Virus record (IMG/VR): IMGVR_UViG_3300033074_001783
Location: 1 to 64,000 of that record
DNA from: a virus
Lineage: Duplodnaviria; Caudoviricetes
Length of the DNA: 64,000 nt
Strand: one strand, 5' to 3'
Shown one piece after another: positions 1 through 7,923 of the stretch. The notes under the pieces were generated by a model. It worked only from the letters and a program-made list of their open reading frames with translations. It was not told the origin of the DNA and did no database searches. Every line of letters starts with the position of its first letter. Within the stretch, counting starts at the first letter, position 1. A program made the translations under genes and the position numbers.

Positions 1-22
1 GCAATTCCACCCTCTGCTACCA
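1..22 (+). tRNA. 3' end of a tRNA or tRNA-like RNA truncated by the window edge
   Basis: GCAATT-CCACC-CTCTGCT-A-CCA reads as T-loop, T-stem 3' strand, acceptor 3' strand, discriminator and CCA. Confidence 0.6.
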
Positions 23-113
23 AACAAAGTATGGCAGGTCGCGCCTGTCAGGCTGTCTTCTCCCGGCCGGGTTTCGGGCTCATTACCTGATGTGGAAGAC
101 AGCGACCAATTTC

Positions 114-185
114 GGGCATCTAGTTTAACTAAAACAACTAACCATCCAGTTAGGAGATCGGGGTAGAATCCTTGGGTGCCCACCA
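114..185 (+). ncRNA. Degenerate tRNA-like RNA (6-nt anticodon loop, atypical T-loop)
   Basis: Acceptor GGGCATC/GGTGCCC + ACCA; D stem GTTT/AAAC; stem CTAAC/GTTAG with loop CATCCA; T arm CGGGG-TAGAAT-CCTTG. Confidence 0.6.
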
Positions 186-236
186 AATATGCCTTGTCGG
201 TACGAATGAGCAGATTTTTTTAGAAAGCACACTAAC

Positions 237-416
237 ATGAACATCGTAGCGCAAACAATTTTTGAGTATTTCAAAGAGCAAGACCCAACCGCTCCTGACC
301 ACAAGATCTACAACATGATGTTCCAGTTGGACACGAAGATTTGGCAGCAAAAAGGAGAGTCACTCACTGGAACCAAATGGCAAAAGACAGAAGAAGGCTT
401 CAAACCAGTGGAATGA
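237..416 (+). CDS. Hypothetical protein, 59 aa (MNIVAQTIFEYF...), below the ORF-track cutoff
   Basis: Open ATG..TGA frame filling the gap between two tRNA-like RNAs. Confidence 0.6.
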   Translation: MNIVAQTIFEYFKEQDPTAPDHKIYNMMFQLDTKIWQQKGESLTGTKWQKTEEGFKPVE

Positions 417-427
417 GCAGATTCTTG

Positions 428-529
428 GGGGACTTGGTGTATAGAACGAGAGCACACGCGTTGTAAATCCTCTTGACATATTGACGAGAGGTTGGCGCAA
501 GGAGGCCAGTGCGAATCTGGGAGTCTCCT
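428..529 (+). ncRNA. tRNA-like RNA with elongated anticodon arm
   Basis: Acceptor GGGGACT/AGTCTCC; D stem GTGT/GCAC; T arm CCAG-TGCGAAT-CTGG; anticodon arm replaced by GCGTTG/TGGCGC plus inner hairpin CCTCTTG/CGAGAGG. Confidence 0.65.
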
Positions 530-531
530 CT

Positions 532-855
532 ATGACAGACAACTACAACGGTTTTAAAGTTGGCGACATCATAACAACACATCATCCGGGTTATCACCAA
601 ATAACCGAACTGGCTGAGTACCAAGGCTACATGATTGGTGGCATCAACCAAACAACATACTATTTGGCCAAGTACAAAATGGTACTTGACAGCAAAGGGA
701 ATCCTTTGACTCGTCGTAAGGCAGAGCAACAGTGCAACATTAACTGTTGCCGATATGCTGTTGACTCTATTAAAGACGAGATTGTTGAGATTGAAAAGAA
801 GCGTGACAAACTGTTGAAGTTCATGGAGAAAATTCAACAAACAGAGAACTCGTAG
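532..855 (+). CDS. Hypothetical protein
   Basis: ORF; ATG 532 follows the tRNA-like RNA; the stop TAG lies inside the next tRNA-like RNA. Confidence 0.7.
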   Translation: MTDNYNGFKVGDIITTHHPGYHQITELAEYQGYMIGGINQTTYYLAKYKMVLDSKGNPLTRRKAEQQCNINCCRYAVDSIKDEIVEIEKKRDKLLKFMEKIQQTENS

Positions 856-933
856 CTCAACCAGCAGAGCTAGTGGGCAAGACCGCCAGATACGGAACCC
901 CACTCGTTGTTGGTGCAAATCCAACCAAGTTCA
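846..933 (+). ncRNA. tRNA-like RNA with expanded anticodon loop
   Basis: Acceptor GAACTCG/CAAGTTC; TA-GCTC..GAGC D arm; AGTGGG/CCCACT stem with a 21-nt loop; T arm GTTGG-TGCAAAT-CCAAC. Confidence 0.7.
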
Positions 934-935
934 CC

Positions 936-1111
936 GGGAGCCTTTCAAGCCACTCTTGGCAGAGAAAGTAAGATGTGAAACAGAACTAGGTGCCTGCCAG
1001 CATCAAAAGCACACACGGGTTAAACCGTGTAGTCCGCAAGTTGTTTAAGCGGCTTCTCTTCGGAGAATGTGGTGTAAGAAACGTAACGTCTTATGGTTTG
1101 CATTGGCTCCC
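936..1111 (+). ncRNA. Unidentified multi-stem structured RNA (~176 nt)
   Basis: Closing stems GGGAGCC/GGCTCCC and CAAGCCA/TGGTTTG; internal TGGCAG/CTGCCA, ACACGG/CCGTGT, CCGC/GCGG and a C-UUCG-G tetraloop hairpin. Confidence 0.6.
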
Positions 1112-1136
1112 TCTTAATCCGCAGATTCCAAAGATT

Positions 1137-1197
1137 GATTCAACCAGAGAATGTATGAGACGAAACAACGTGAATCTAAAGATTCTCTGGTTGAATC
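1137..1197. repeat. Perfect 16-bp inverted repeat
   Basis: GATTCAACCAGAGAAT ... ATTCTCTGGTTGAATC with a 29-nt spacer. Confidence 0.85.
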
Positions 1198-1198
1198 T

Positions 1199-1227
1199 TT
1201 CAAACTCAAGTCTGAGTGTGTTAGATT
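1199..1227 (+). promoter_or_regulatory. Early sigma70-like promoter, leaderless mRNA
   Basis: TTCAAA-N17-TAGATT-N6-ATG(1234). Confidence 0.7.
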
Positions 1228-1233
1228 GAGTTC

Positions 1234-1443
1234 ATGACAACCGCCCGATACTTCCAGATGAACGACGAGTACGAGATTGTTCAAGTGCCAAAGAAGCAAT
1301 TTGAGAACCCTAAACCCTCGTGGCCCAACAACACGATGGTTGTGACGAAAACGGCAGATGGAATGATTGACATCAAATTGGACATGGCAAACGTGACGCC
1401 TCTTGATATCAAAGAAGCAATTGCATATGCAATTGCTGATTGA
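1234..1443 (+). CDS. Hypothetical protein
   Basis: ORF starting at the predicted +1 of the promoter. Confidence 0.7.
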   Translation: MTTARYFQMNDEYEIVQVPKKQFENPKPSWPNNTMVVTKTADGMIDIKLDMANVTPLDIKEAIAYAIAD

Positions 1444-1448
1444 TAGTT

Positions 1449-1521
1449 GGCTCAGTACCCCAACGGCAGAGGGGCTCGCCTCAGAAGCGATTCAGTGAGA
1501 GTTCAAGTCTCTCTTGAGCCA
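1449..1521 (+). tRNA. tRNA-Leu(CAG), short variable loop
   Basis: Cloverleaf GGCTCAG/TTGAGCC; loop CT-CAG-AA; T arm GAGAG-TTCAAGT-CTCTC. Confidence 0.85.
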
Positions 1522-1632
1522 CAACATAACCCCGTATTTTGGATGAGAATAAAATCATCACACCAAACAAAATACGAATTACTTGTCAATGGAAGTGAGA
1601 CCAGTGAGTAACCATTCTCACAATCTTCCAAC

Positions 1633-1706
1633 GGTGCTGTAGTCCAACGGCAGGAGACAATGGTCTAAGAAGCCATCCAGTGTGGGTTCAAATCCCACCA
1701 GCACCA
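1633..1706 (+). tRNA. tRNA-Leu(AAG), short variable loop
   Basis: Cloverleaf GGTGCTG/CAGCACC; ATGGT-CT-AAG-AA-GCCAT. Confidence 0.85.
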
Positions 1707-1708
1707 CT

Positions 1709-1981
1709 ATGATGTCACTATCAGAGCTTTGGGACAATTACGTTGGAGAAAACGCTACCACGATCAAAGAGTGGAAATTCCTTGAGTGTAAAACCCCAAA
1801 ACAGCAATCAAAAACTGGTAGGACACTCCTTTGGGTCTCACCAAAAGAGCCCAATATTCAATACAGATTTTTAAACACAACACGATTCAATGTAAAACTA
1901 AGGAAATTCCCTAAAAACAAGAATCGTGTTAACTTTTGTCAAGATCAACACGGAATAATCAGACACATTTGGATTGGGTGA
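1709..1981 (+). CDS. Hypothetical protein
   Basis: ORF; ATG directly after the tRNA. Confidence 0.6.
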   Translation: MMSLSELWDNYVGENATTIKEWKFLECKTPKQQSKTGRTLLWVSPKEPNIQYRFLNTTRFNVKLRKFPKNKNRVNFCQDQHGIIRHIWIG

Positions 1982-1984
1982 AAA

Positions 1985-2245
1985 ATGGCAAGAATCATCG
2001 GTGAAACAGAAGTGAAACCATTCACTACCATTATCCGTTGCGCTCAAGTGAGTGGCCCTTACAACGGAATAAAAGGTTGCTTTTCCCAGATTGAAATTGG
2101 ACTGGAGGATATCAAAGCCTCTCAAGATTATGAGGGAGATTGGTCCTTCTCAACAGTTTGTCCAAACTGTTACACAACTCTGTACATTTACTGGCAACTA
2201 CCACCGGGAATTATTGATTTGCTTAAAAACAATAAATCCAAATAA
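1985..2245 (+). CDS. Small Zn-ribbon protein
   Basis: MARII.. start, Cys pair and CPNC; resembles the ORFs at 2877, 5421 and 8797. Confidence 0.65.
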   Translation: MARIIGETEVKPFTTIIRCAQVSGPYNGIKGCFSQIEIGLEDIKASQDYEGDWSFSTVCPNCYTTLYIYWQLPPGIIDLLKNNKSK

Positions 2246-2287
2246 AATAGACGTATTGTGTTTGGGTTGGCGGAGTAGCTATCCGCT

Positions 2288-2332
2288 CTGAATTGCTAGG
2301 CGGTTTTTATGAGGAGCCGCCTAGCAATTCAG
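2288..2332. repeat. Perfect 16-bp inverted repeat (hairpin) upstream of tRNA-Gln
   Basis: CTGAATTGCTAGGCGG / CCGCCTAGCAATTCAG. Confidence 0.85.
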
Positions 2333-2343
2333 GCAAAGAATAT

Positions 2344-2418
2344 ACGGGAATAGCTCAATGGCAGAGCACCATCTTCTGAAGTTGGCCGTTGTAGGTTCAA
2401 GTCCTACTTCCCGTACCA
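2344..2418 (+). tRNA. tRNA-Gln(CTG)
   Basis: ACGGGAA/TTCCCGT acceptor, loop TT-CTG-AA, encoded CCA. Confidence 0.85.
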
Positions 2419-2419
2419 C

Positions 2420-2698
2420 ATGTCATACGAAATCACTTTTCCTACCATTGGTTCTTTTGCTGTAGCCACATCCAATACAGACAATGAAAGAGCGGCATTA
2501 AAACGAGCGTTCTTGAACGCTATGTTGATGAACAACTTTGTTGAAAATCCATCAGAAGAAGACCCTTGGACCGTTGTAAACGAAGAAACCAAAAATTGTT
2601 GGACAATCACAAATGTTTCACAAATTGGTGATATTCTAACACAACTAAAAAATTCAGTTAGAACCGTCTTCACTTTAACTCCAAAAGGAACACCATGA
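2420..2698 (+). CDS. Hypothetical protein
   Basis: ORF in a tightly coupled gene run. Confidence 0.65.
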   Translation: MSYEITFPTIGSFAVATSNTDNERAALKRAFLNAMLMNNFVENPSEEDPWTVVNEETKNCWTITNVSQIGDILTQLKNSVRTVFTLTPKGTP

Positions 2699-2880
2699 AA
2701 AAACTAATTGTCACAGCAGTTTTCGCAATTCTCGCCTCGTGCAAAACACCCTCGTACCCATCAACAGATTCTTCAGTTTCGGATATTGTCGTGGTTGATG
2801 AACCCGTTCTTGAACGGGATGCGGGTTGTCAAACTCTAGATTCTGCTGTGGTTCATGTGGAGCGGGAGTGTGCGCGATGA
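2695..2880 (+). CDS. Small lipoprotein
   Basis: MKK + hydrophobic stretch + LASC lipobox. Confidence 0.65.
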   Translation: MKKLIVTAVFAILASCKTPSYPSTDSSVSDIVVVDEPVLERDAGCQTLDSAVVHVERECAR

Positions 2881-3125
2881 AAATCATTGAGCAAGGTGGT
2901 TGGGCAAACCCTTGGTTCCAAGAATGTCGTTGCTCACAAAAAGGTTGCGGCGCAACTCTGTTGGTTGAAGAAAAAGATCTAAAACCATGTGGATACAAGG
3001 GCACCTCGGCGCCATTCGGCAAGTTCACATGCCCCGTTTGTGGACACGAAACAACAGTTTCAGATCTGCCACCACGTCTTGTTCAAGCTCTAGACAAAAA
3101 ACGTATCTCCGACTACTACGATTGA
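2877..3125 (+). CDS. Small Zn-ribbon protein
   Basis: MKIIEQG.., CSQKGC and CPVC; ATGA overlap with the upstream gene. Confidence 0.7.
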   Translation: MKIIEQGGWANPWFQECRCSQKGCGATLLVEEKDLKPCGYKGTSAPFGKFTCPVCGHETTVSDLPPRLVQALDKKRISDYYD

Positions 3126-3163
3126 ATCTTCCAAAACACCTCTCGTTCTACTACAATCATCAC

Positions 3164-3724
3164 ATGCGTAGAAAAAAAACATGGGCCATTTACGGTGGAT
3201 CATTCAATCCTCCTCATTTCGGGCATCTGTTCGTAATTGAATACCTGTTGAACATGGAAGGCATTGATGGCGTTCTTATTATCCCGACCTACAAACACCC
3301 AGATGGGAAAAATCTTGTGGATTTCAACACGCGTGTTGAAATGCTGCAAGACATGATTAGTGAAAAAGAACAAGTTTTTGTTTCAAGAGTAGAAGAAGAG
3401 TTGGGAGGAGTTTCTTATTCTATTCGTACCGTACAACACCTTGTCAGCGAATACAAAGACTTGAATTTCAGGTTTATTGTCGGTTCGGATTGTGTCATGA
3501 ACAAACAAACATGGGGTGAGGATTGGGACAAAATCAACGCAATTGCACCAATGTTTGTTATCGGCAGAGCAGGCTGCGAAGTGGATGGTGTACCGACCAT
3601 CATGCCAAACATTTCCAGCACAAAAGTGAGAGCTCTAATCAAAGAGCTTGATCTGCAAGAAGCCGCTAAACTTCTTCCAAAGATCGTTCTTGACAACATC
3701 ATTGAAAAAGGTTTGTACTGTTGA
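3164..3724 (+). CDS. nadD: Nicotinate-nucleotide adenylyltransferase
   Basis: GGSFNPPHFGH (HxGH), FIVGSD and ISST motifs; leaderless promoter TTCCAA-N17-TACAAT-N6-ATG. Confidence 0.9.
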   Translation: MRRKKTWAIYGGSFNPPHFGHLFVIEYLLNMEGIDGVLIIPTYKHPDGKNLVDFNTRVEMLQDMISEKEQVFVSRVEEELGGVSYSIRTVQHLVSEYKDLNFRFIVGSDCVMNKQTWGEDWDKINAIAPMFVIGRAGCEVDGVPTIMPNISSTKVRALIKELDLQEAAKLLPKIVLDNIIEKGLYC

Positions 3725-3731
3725 TTTTTTT

Positions 3732-3806
3732 GCCGCTGTACGCCGCCTGCCTTCTAAGCAGGAGAAAGCTAATGGACACATGTAGGTTCAACCCCTATCA
3801 GCGGTG
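3732..3806 (+). tRNA. D-armless tRNA-Arg(TCT)-like RNA with long variable region
   Basis: GCCGCTG/CAGCGGT acceptor; CCTGC-CT-TCT-AA-GCAGG; T arm GTAGG-TTCAACC-CCTAT; only 7 nt between acceptor and anticodon stems. Confidence 0.7.
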
Positions 3807-3814
3807 CTAAACTT

Positions 3815-4282
3815 ATGAACATCCCCGGAATGACGTATTTTTCCAACAATCAACTAAACAACTTGGCTCGCAAAATGAAGGAATCAGATTTGTATCAAGA
3901 AAGAAATACAATGAAAAATTTTGATCTTGATATAGCCAACGCACTAGAAGATGGCAAACGACTTGCGGCAGAGAAAAAAGCAGAAGAACTAAAAAAGCTT
4001 GCTGCTCAAAAACAAGAAATTCTCAAAGTTCAACAAGAGCTTGAATTTCTGGTGTCAAATGCCATTAAAAAAATTCCTGAAGAAGTTGCCAAAGGTGCCA
4101 CTTATGTTGTTGTGGATTATTACCGCGATGAACCAACTCCTTTGGATGAAATCAAAATGAAAATCAAAGCAGATCATTTTGTTGCCATGTTTAAAAATAG
4201 CCAAATAGCAACTGCAAAAGTTGTATCAGATCATCACGGCAAACATTTTGCTTTGCACCTACACTTTCCATCACAGGCATAA
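3815..4282 (+). CDS. Hypothetical coiled-coil protein
   Basis: ORF. Confidence 0.65.
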   Translation: MNIPGMTYFSNNQLNNLARKMKESDLYQERNTMKNFDLDIANALEDGKRLAAEKKAEELKKLAAQKQEILKVQQELEFLVSNAIKKIPEEVAKGATYVVVDYYRDEPTPLDEIKMKIKADHFVAMFKNSQIATAKVVSDHHGKHFALHLHFPSQA

Positions 4283-4283
4283 A

Positions 4284-4670
4284 ATGACGCCAGAACAAAT
4301 CAAATCGTTTGTGTATAACGAAGTAAAAAGAGGGCTTTCAAACAAAACCGTCAAAGAGGCAGAAGAGAAAGCCCAAAAAGAAAAACTTCAACGAATGAAA
4401 GTTGAGAACGCAATAAGTGTTGCGGAAACAGAACTGAAAAAAATTCTTGGAACAATTTCCAAACTCGTTGAAGAAACAGATGAAGACACAATCAAAGTGT
4501 TTGATTGGTCAGACACTTCAACCAAAGAAGGTCTTATGTTGGGAACCGTTGTTGGAAGTCACATCAAGCATCTTGTAGAAAGTGCTGGTTTTGTGGCAAT
4601 TCAAGAAGGCCACATTTCCAAAGAGGATAAAATGACATTGCCAATTTCAGTTTATATGGTGTTCAGATGA
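4284..4670 (+). CDS. Hypothetical coiled-coil protein
   Basis: ORF; ATG just after the upstream stop. Confidence 0.65.
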   Translation: MTPEQIKSFVYNEVKRGLSNKTVKEAEEKAQKEKLQRMKVENAISVAETELKKILGTISKLVEETDEDTIKVFDWSDTSTKEGLMLGTVVGSHIKHLVESAGFVAIQEGHISKEDKMTLPISVYMVFR

Positions 4671-5044
4671 ACGACAATAGCTGTTTGAGTAATTTTTATG
4701 TGAATATCACGGCCAGCGGCAAAGAAAGTCTTGCTAACTGCCTGCGACTTTTCTTGGACGACAAAGATACAGTTTCCGACTATGCGATAACAAGCAAAGG
4801 TTTTGAGTTGCACAAGTGGTCTGATCACAACGGTAAAACAATCCCTCTACCATACAAAATGGGTTATCAACCAGTTTTGGAACTGGCTGATGACAAACGA
4901 GAATCCGTCAAAATTTGACGGGCCACGTCCAGACATAGATGGGAGCACCTCTTCACAAGGTGTTTTCAACATCAAAAAACCTAACGATGTTTGGGCCGGA
5001 ATACTGTTCACAATCAAACCTGTATGGGGTTGCACCACAAATGA
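4667..5044 (+). pseudogene. Probable frameshifted hypothetical gene
   Basis: Protein-like sequence moves from frame 4667 (..LPYKMGYQ) to frame 4803 (FWNWL..PDIDGS..FTIKPVW) near 4870. Confidence 0.45.
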
Positions 5045-5382
5045 AAAACGCAAAATCTTGGAACAAGTACGTGATCAGGAAAGATGGAACAGACCTCTAC
5101 TGCGACGGCAATACCAACCCAAGGTATGTTGGGTTTGGTCCACTGGAGAAAGCGAGACTGTTTACACGACTCAACTATGCACGAACATACGTGACAAGAA
5201 TGAGGGTAAACTACCGTCGTCAAACTGAGAAAAGCAACAGATTTAATCCATTCACCGGCAACATGTATGAGATAGACCCAACCTCTGATCAATCCTATGT
5301 TTTCCCTCTTGAGGGTTGTTCCATTGTAGAGGTGGTGCTTGTTGCTGTAGATGAGGTTGTCCATCCCCTAACCAAACCTTAA
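5041..5382 (+). CDS. Hypothetical protein
   Basis: ORF from ATG 5041. Confidence 0.6.
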   Translation: MKNAKSWNKYVIRKDGTDLYCDGNTNPRYVGFGPLEKARLFTRLNYARTYVTRMRVNYRRQTEKSNRFNPFTGNMYEIDPTSDQSYVFPLEGCSIVEVVLVAVDEVVHPLTKP

Positions 5383-5420
5383 TACTTCAAACCGTCAGAA
5401 GGGTGTGCTAAGTTAGGTTC

Positions 5421-5612
5421 ATGACGAAGGTAATCGGGCAGGACGAAAAAATTGGACGCAAAGTTTCGTGTCAGGGTTGTGGAGCCCGCATCCTCTACTA
5501 CAAAAACGATGTACACTCCCAAACTTACTCAAGTTGGGGTGAAACAGAGGTTTGTTACGACATCAAATGTCCAAATTGTAATAAAACCGTTGAAGTTAAA
5601 GCTTGGTATTGA
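5421..5612 (+). CDS. Small Zn-ribbon protein
   Basis: CQGC and CPNC; leaderless promoter TTCAAA-N17-TAAGTT-N6-ATG. Confidence 0.75.
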   Translation: MTKVIGQDEKIGRKVSCQGCGARILYYKNDVHSQTYSSWGETEVCYDIKCPNCNKTVEVKAWY

Positions 5613-5631
5613 AGCGACCTTTGGTCGCAAT

Positions 5632-5714
5632 GGCTCTCTGGCGTAATGGCAGCCGCGCTAGACTCAAAATCTGGTCCCCGAAAGGGGGTGTGGGTTCAAT
5701 TCCCACGGGAGCCA
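5632..5714 (+). tRNA. tRNA-Leu(CAA), long variable arm
   Basis: GGCTCTC/GGGAGCC; CTAGA-CT-CAA-AA-TCTGG; variable arm CCCC-GAAA-GGGG. Confidence 0.92.
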
Positions 5715-5716
5715 CT

Positions 5717-5862
5717 GGATCTAGTCTGAATAGGGCACCTGAAAGCACTAAGTCTTTTCTTGGAGGAAAGCAAAGCTGGCATAAATGCCTAAAGGTATGC
5801 TGGAAAGCAAACGGGCAGACGAACATAATGTTTTGATCAGAACGTGCCCAAATGACAGGTCC
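5717..5862 (+). ncRNA. Unidentified structured RNA between two tRNA-Leu genes
   Basis: Nested stems GGATCT/AGGTCC, GTC/GAC, GGGCAC/GTGCCC; internal hairpin CTGGCATA/TATGCTGG. Confidence 0.5.
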
Positions 5863-5953
5863 ATTTCTTTCAAGGAAATAAACCCTTGAAACACGCCTAG
5901 CGGTGAACGACAGCTAGGGCCTGCGTCTCTTGGGGTTTACAAGAGACATCTAT

Positions 5954-6037
5954 GGCAGCGTGGTGGAAAGGCAGACACAGGGCACTCAAAATGCCCCGTC
6001 GCAAGACATGAGGGTTCAAGTCCCTCCGCTGCTACCA
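5954..6037 (+). tRNA. tRNA-Leu(CAA), second divergent copy
   Basis: GGCAGCG/CGCTGCT; GGGCA-CT-CAA-AA-TGCCC; encoded CCA. Confidence 0.92.
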
Positions 6038-6110
6038 TGACCGATGAAATACTGATTGCAATTTGGATTTCTTTGGTGGTATTATTTTTCACAATTGGAG
6101 TTGTGTCCAC

Positions 6111-6326
6111 ATGTTCATAACGGTTAAAGATCTAAAAAAGAAACTCGGTTCCGTAGATCCAGATGCAATCGTTGTTTTGCAAGGGTGTGACCATGACTTC
6201 ACGCCAATTGTATCCGCCCGCACACAAACTGGCTGGTTGCAAAGTGGCAAACGCAAAATAGACGAAGACATTGGTGAAAATCCTCAAAATGGTTCTGTCC
6301 TCGTCAATTTGTTTGTGGTAGATTGA
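6111..6326 (+). CDS. Hypothetical protein
   Basis: ORF with GGAG upstream; starts ITVKDLKKKL..DPDAIV. Confidence 0.6.
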   Translation: MFITVKDLKKKLGSVDPDAIVVLQGCDHDFTPIVSARTQTGWLQSGKRKIDEDIGENPQNGSVLVNLFVVD

Positions 6327-6330
6327 AACC

Positions 6331-6570
6331 ATGAACCGGCTAAAACAAATCCTTGCTTTGGTGATCGGCAAACACTCTTCTACTGGTCAAACTTCTGGTT
6401 CCACTGGTTCGTTAATCAATGGAACCGAAGAAGTAAACCAATCAACTGTTCAAGAGTTGACCACTTATCTACAAGAACAGTTTCCAAACCTTGAAGTGTC
6501 TTTGCATTCTTTGGATGCAAAAGATGACAAATGGGGCTCCATCTTCTACAACTGGCAAATACGCCAATAA
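6331..6570 (+). CDS. Hypothetical protein
   Basis: ORF. Confidence 0.55.
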   Translation: MNRLKQILALVIGKHSSTGQTSGSTGSLINGTEEVNQSTVQELTTYLQEQFPNLEVSLHSLDAKDDKWGSIFYNWQIRQ

Positions 6571-6613
6571 TCAATTAGTTCAAAACCAACCTTCTATTCT
6601 GTAGAGTAGGAAC

Positions 6614-7630
6614 ATGGCAACAATTACCCGTGGAAACATCCCGGCAGAAGTCATCTACATCTGCCGAAAAGAGCAGAAAACCATTTTTACTTGGGAAGGC
6701 GATACCAACTCAAGCGAAGCTGTCAAAAGCCGAACGGTTATCCCTGCTTATATTTCTGACGCCGCAAACAAAAAGACCATTGAAACAGGTGAACGGTGGG
6801 CAAGCCATCGTTTCATGACAAACAGTGATGTGCCAAAGTACACTTATCCAAACACTCCAGTTGTTTCGGTTGAAGTGGTCAGCATTGAGAAACGAACTGA
6901 AGGTGGTCGTGCCTACAAGTGCATTGTCACTTTGGAAGATGGAAAACAATTTTGGGTTGATCTACGAGAAGATGTGCTCCTTGAGACAATGGTTTCTTCA
7001 GGTGTTTCAAAGGGCGGATTTCTTGTTGGCCAATTTGTTTGGGCAAGGGTTGGCTCTGACATGAAGCTTGTTCGTGTTGGCTCAGAGCTACACGCACGGA
7101 TGGCCGAATCAACAACACTTGGGAAAAAGCCAAAGATTTCTGACTACGAAATTGGTGGAGTTTACAAGACCAAAACAGGCCAAGAGTGGATCTACTGTGG
7201 AAAAGTGAACACGGTTGAAGCAACGGACACAACAGATCCTCGTTGCTACTACCTTGGCGGTAGCTATTCGTTTAGCTGTCTCCTCAAGAGGCTCAATGGA
7301 GCAAATCTGTGGTTCAAAAAGTCAGACAGCAGAAACGTGTTCCAAAACACGATTTCCCATTACCAAAACAACATTCACGCGTTTGTGTTTGCTGACAAAA
7401 AAGCTGTTGTTGAAAAGTCAGAACAACTTACTCTACCGGATAATTTCTTGAACGCAATTCGTCACGCGGCAACAGTACAAGCGAATGCATATGAGAAAAA
7501 CGAAAGATACAAGTTTTCTCTCACCGTCTGCTATGCCGCCTTGGCAAACATGGTTTCTGTTGATCAAGTAGAACCAGTTGAAACTCACCCAATTTACAAA
7601 AGCTTGTTTGAAAGGTTTTATTTCCGATGA
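6614..7630 (+). CDS. Hypothetical phage protein
   Basis: 338-aa ORF; leaderless promoter TTCAAA-N17-TAGAGT-N6-ATG. Confidence 0.8.
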   Translation: MATITRGNIPAEVIYICRKEQKTIFTWEGDTNSSEAVKSRTVIPAYISDAANKKTIETGERWASHRFMTNSDVPKYTYPNTPVVSVEVVSIEKRTEGGRAYKCIVTLEDGKQFWVDLREDVLLETMVSSGVSKGGFLVGQFVWARVGSDMKLVRVGSELHARMAESTTLGKKPKISDYEIGGVYKTKTGQEWIYCGKVNTVEATDTTDPRCYYLGGSYSFSCLLKRLNGANLWFKKSDSRNVFQNTISHYQNNIHAFVFADKKAVVEKSEQLTLPDNFLNAIRHAATVQANAYEKNERYKFSLTVCYAALANMVSVDQVEPVETHPIYKSLFERFYFR

Positions 7631-7923
7631 GATCTACACTTGAAATTCAACCAGAGAAAACTTATCGTTTACATAACCAAGTATGCCAAAATCCAAAATG
7701 TCTTAAACCAATGGATACCTTGCCAAAAACAAACGCAGGCAGAAAATACTGCTCTCTTGCTTGTTCAAGGGCAGTCTTCAAAACCAACGGACATACCCGT
7801 GTTGTACTGAACACACAGAAGAAGGAAGCAAACGCACGAGCAGCAGAATCAGCAGTTTCGTGGTTTGCCAAGTTCAGCGCAGAAACCCATGCCAACCAAA
7901 TGAAGAAAGTACAGATTCCATGA
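7627..7923 (+). CDS. Hypothetical Zn-finger protein
   Basis: CQNPKC ... YCSLAC motif. Confidence 0.6.
   Translation: MRSTLEIQPEKTYRLHNQVCQNPKCLKPMDTLPKTNAGRKYCSLACSRAVFKTNGHTRVVLNTQKKEANARAAESAVSWFAKFSAETHANQMKKVQIP

Noticed and set aside
428-529. Intron-containing tRNA-Tyr (TTGTAAA present)
   Set aside because: Removing the insert does not give a convincing canonical anticodon stem, and it is too short for a group I intron.
936-1111. tmRNA or RNase P RNA
   Set aside because: No alanyl tRNA-like ends or tag frame, no RNase P P4 consensus, and too short.
990-1229. 79-aa ORF (also 5603-5836)
   Set aside because: Overlaps structured RNA or tRNA sequence and lacks a credible start context.
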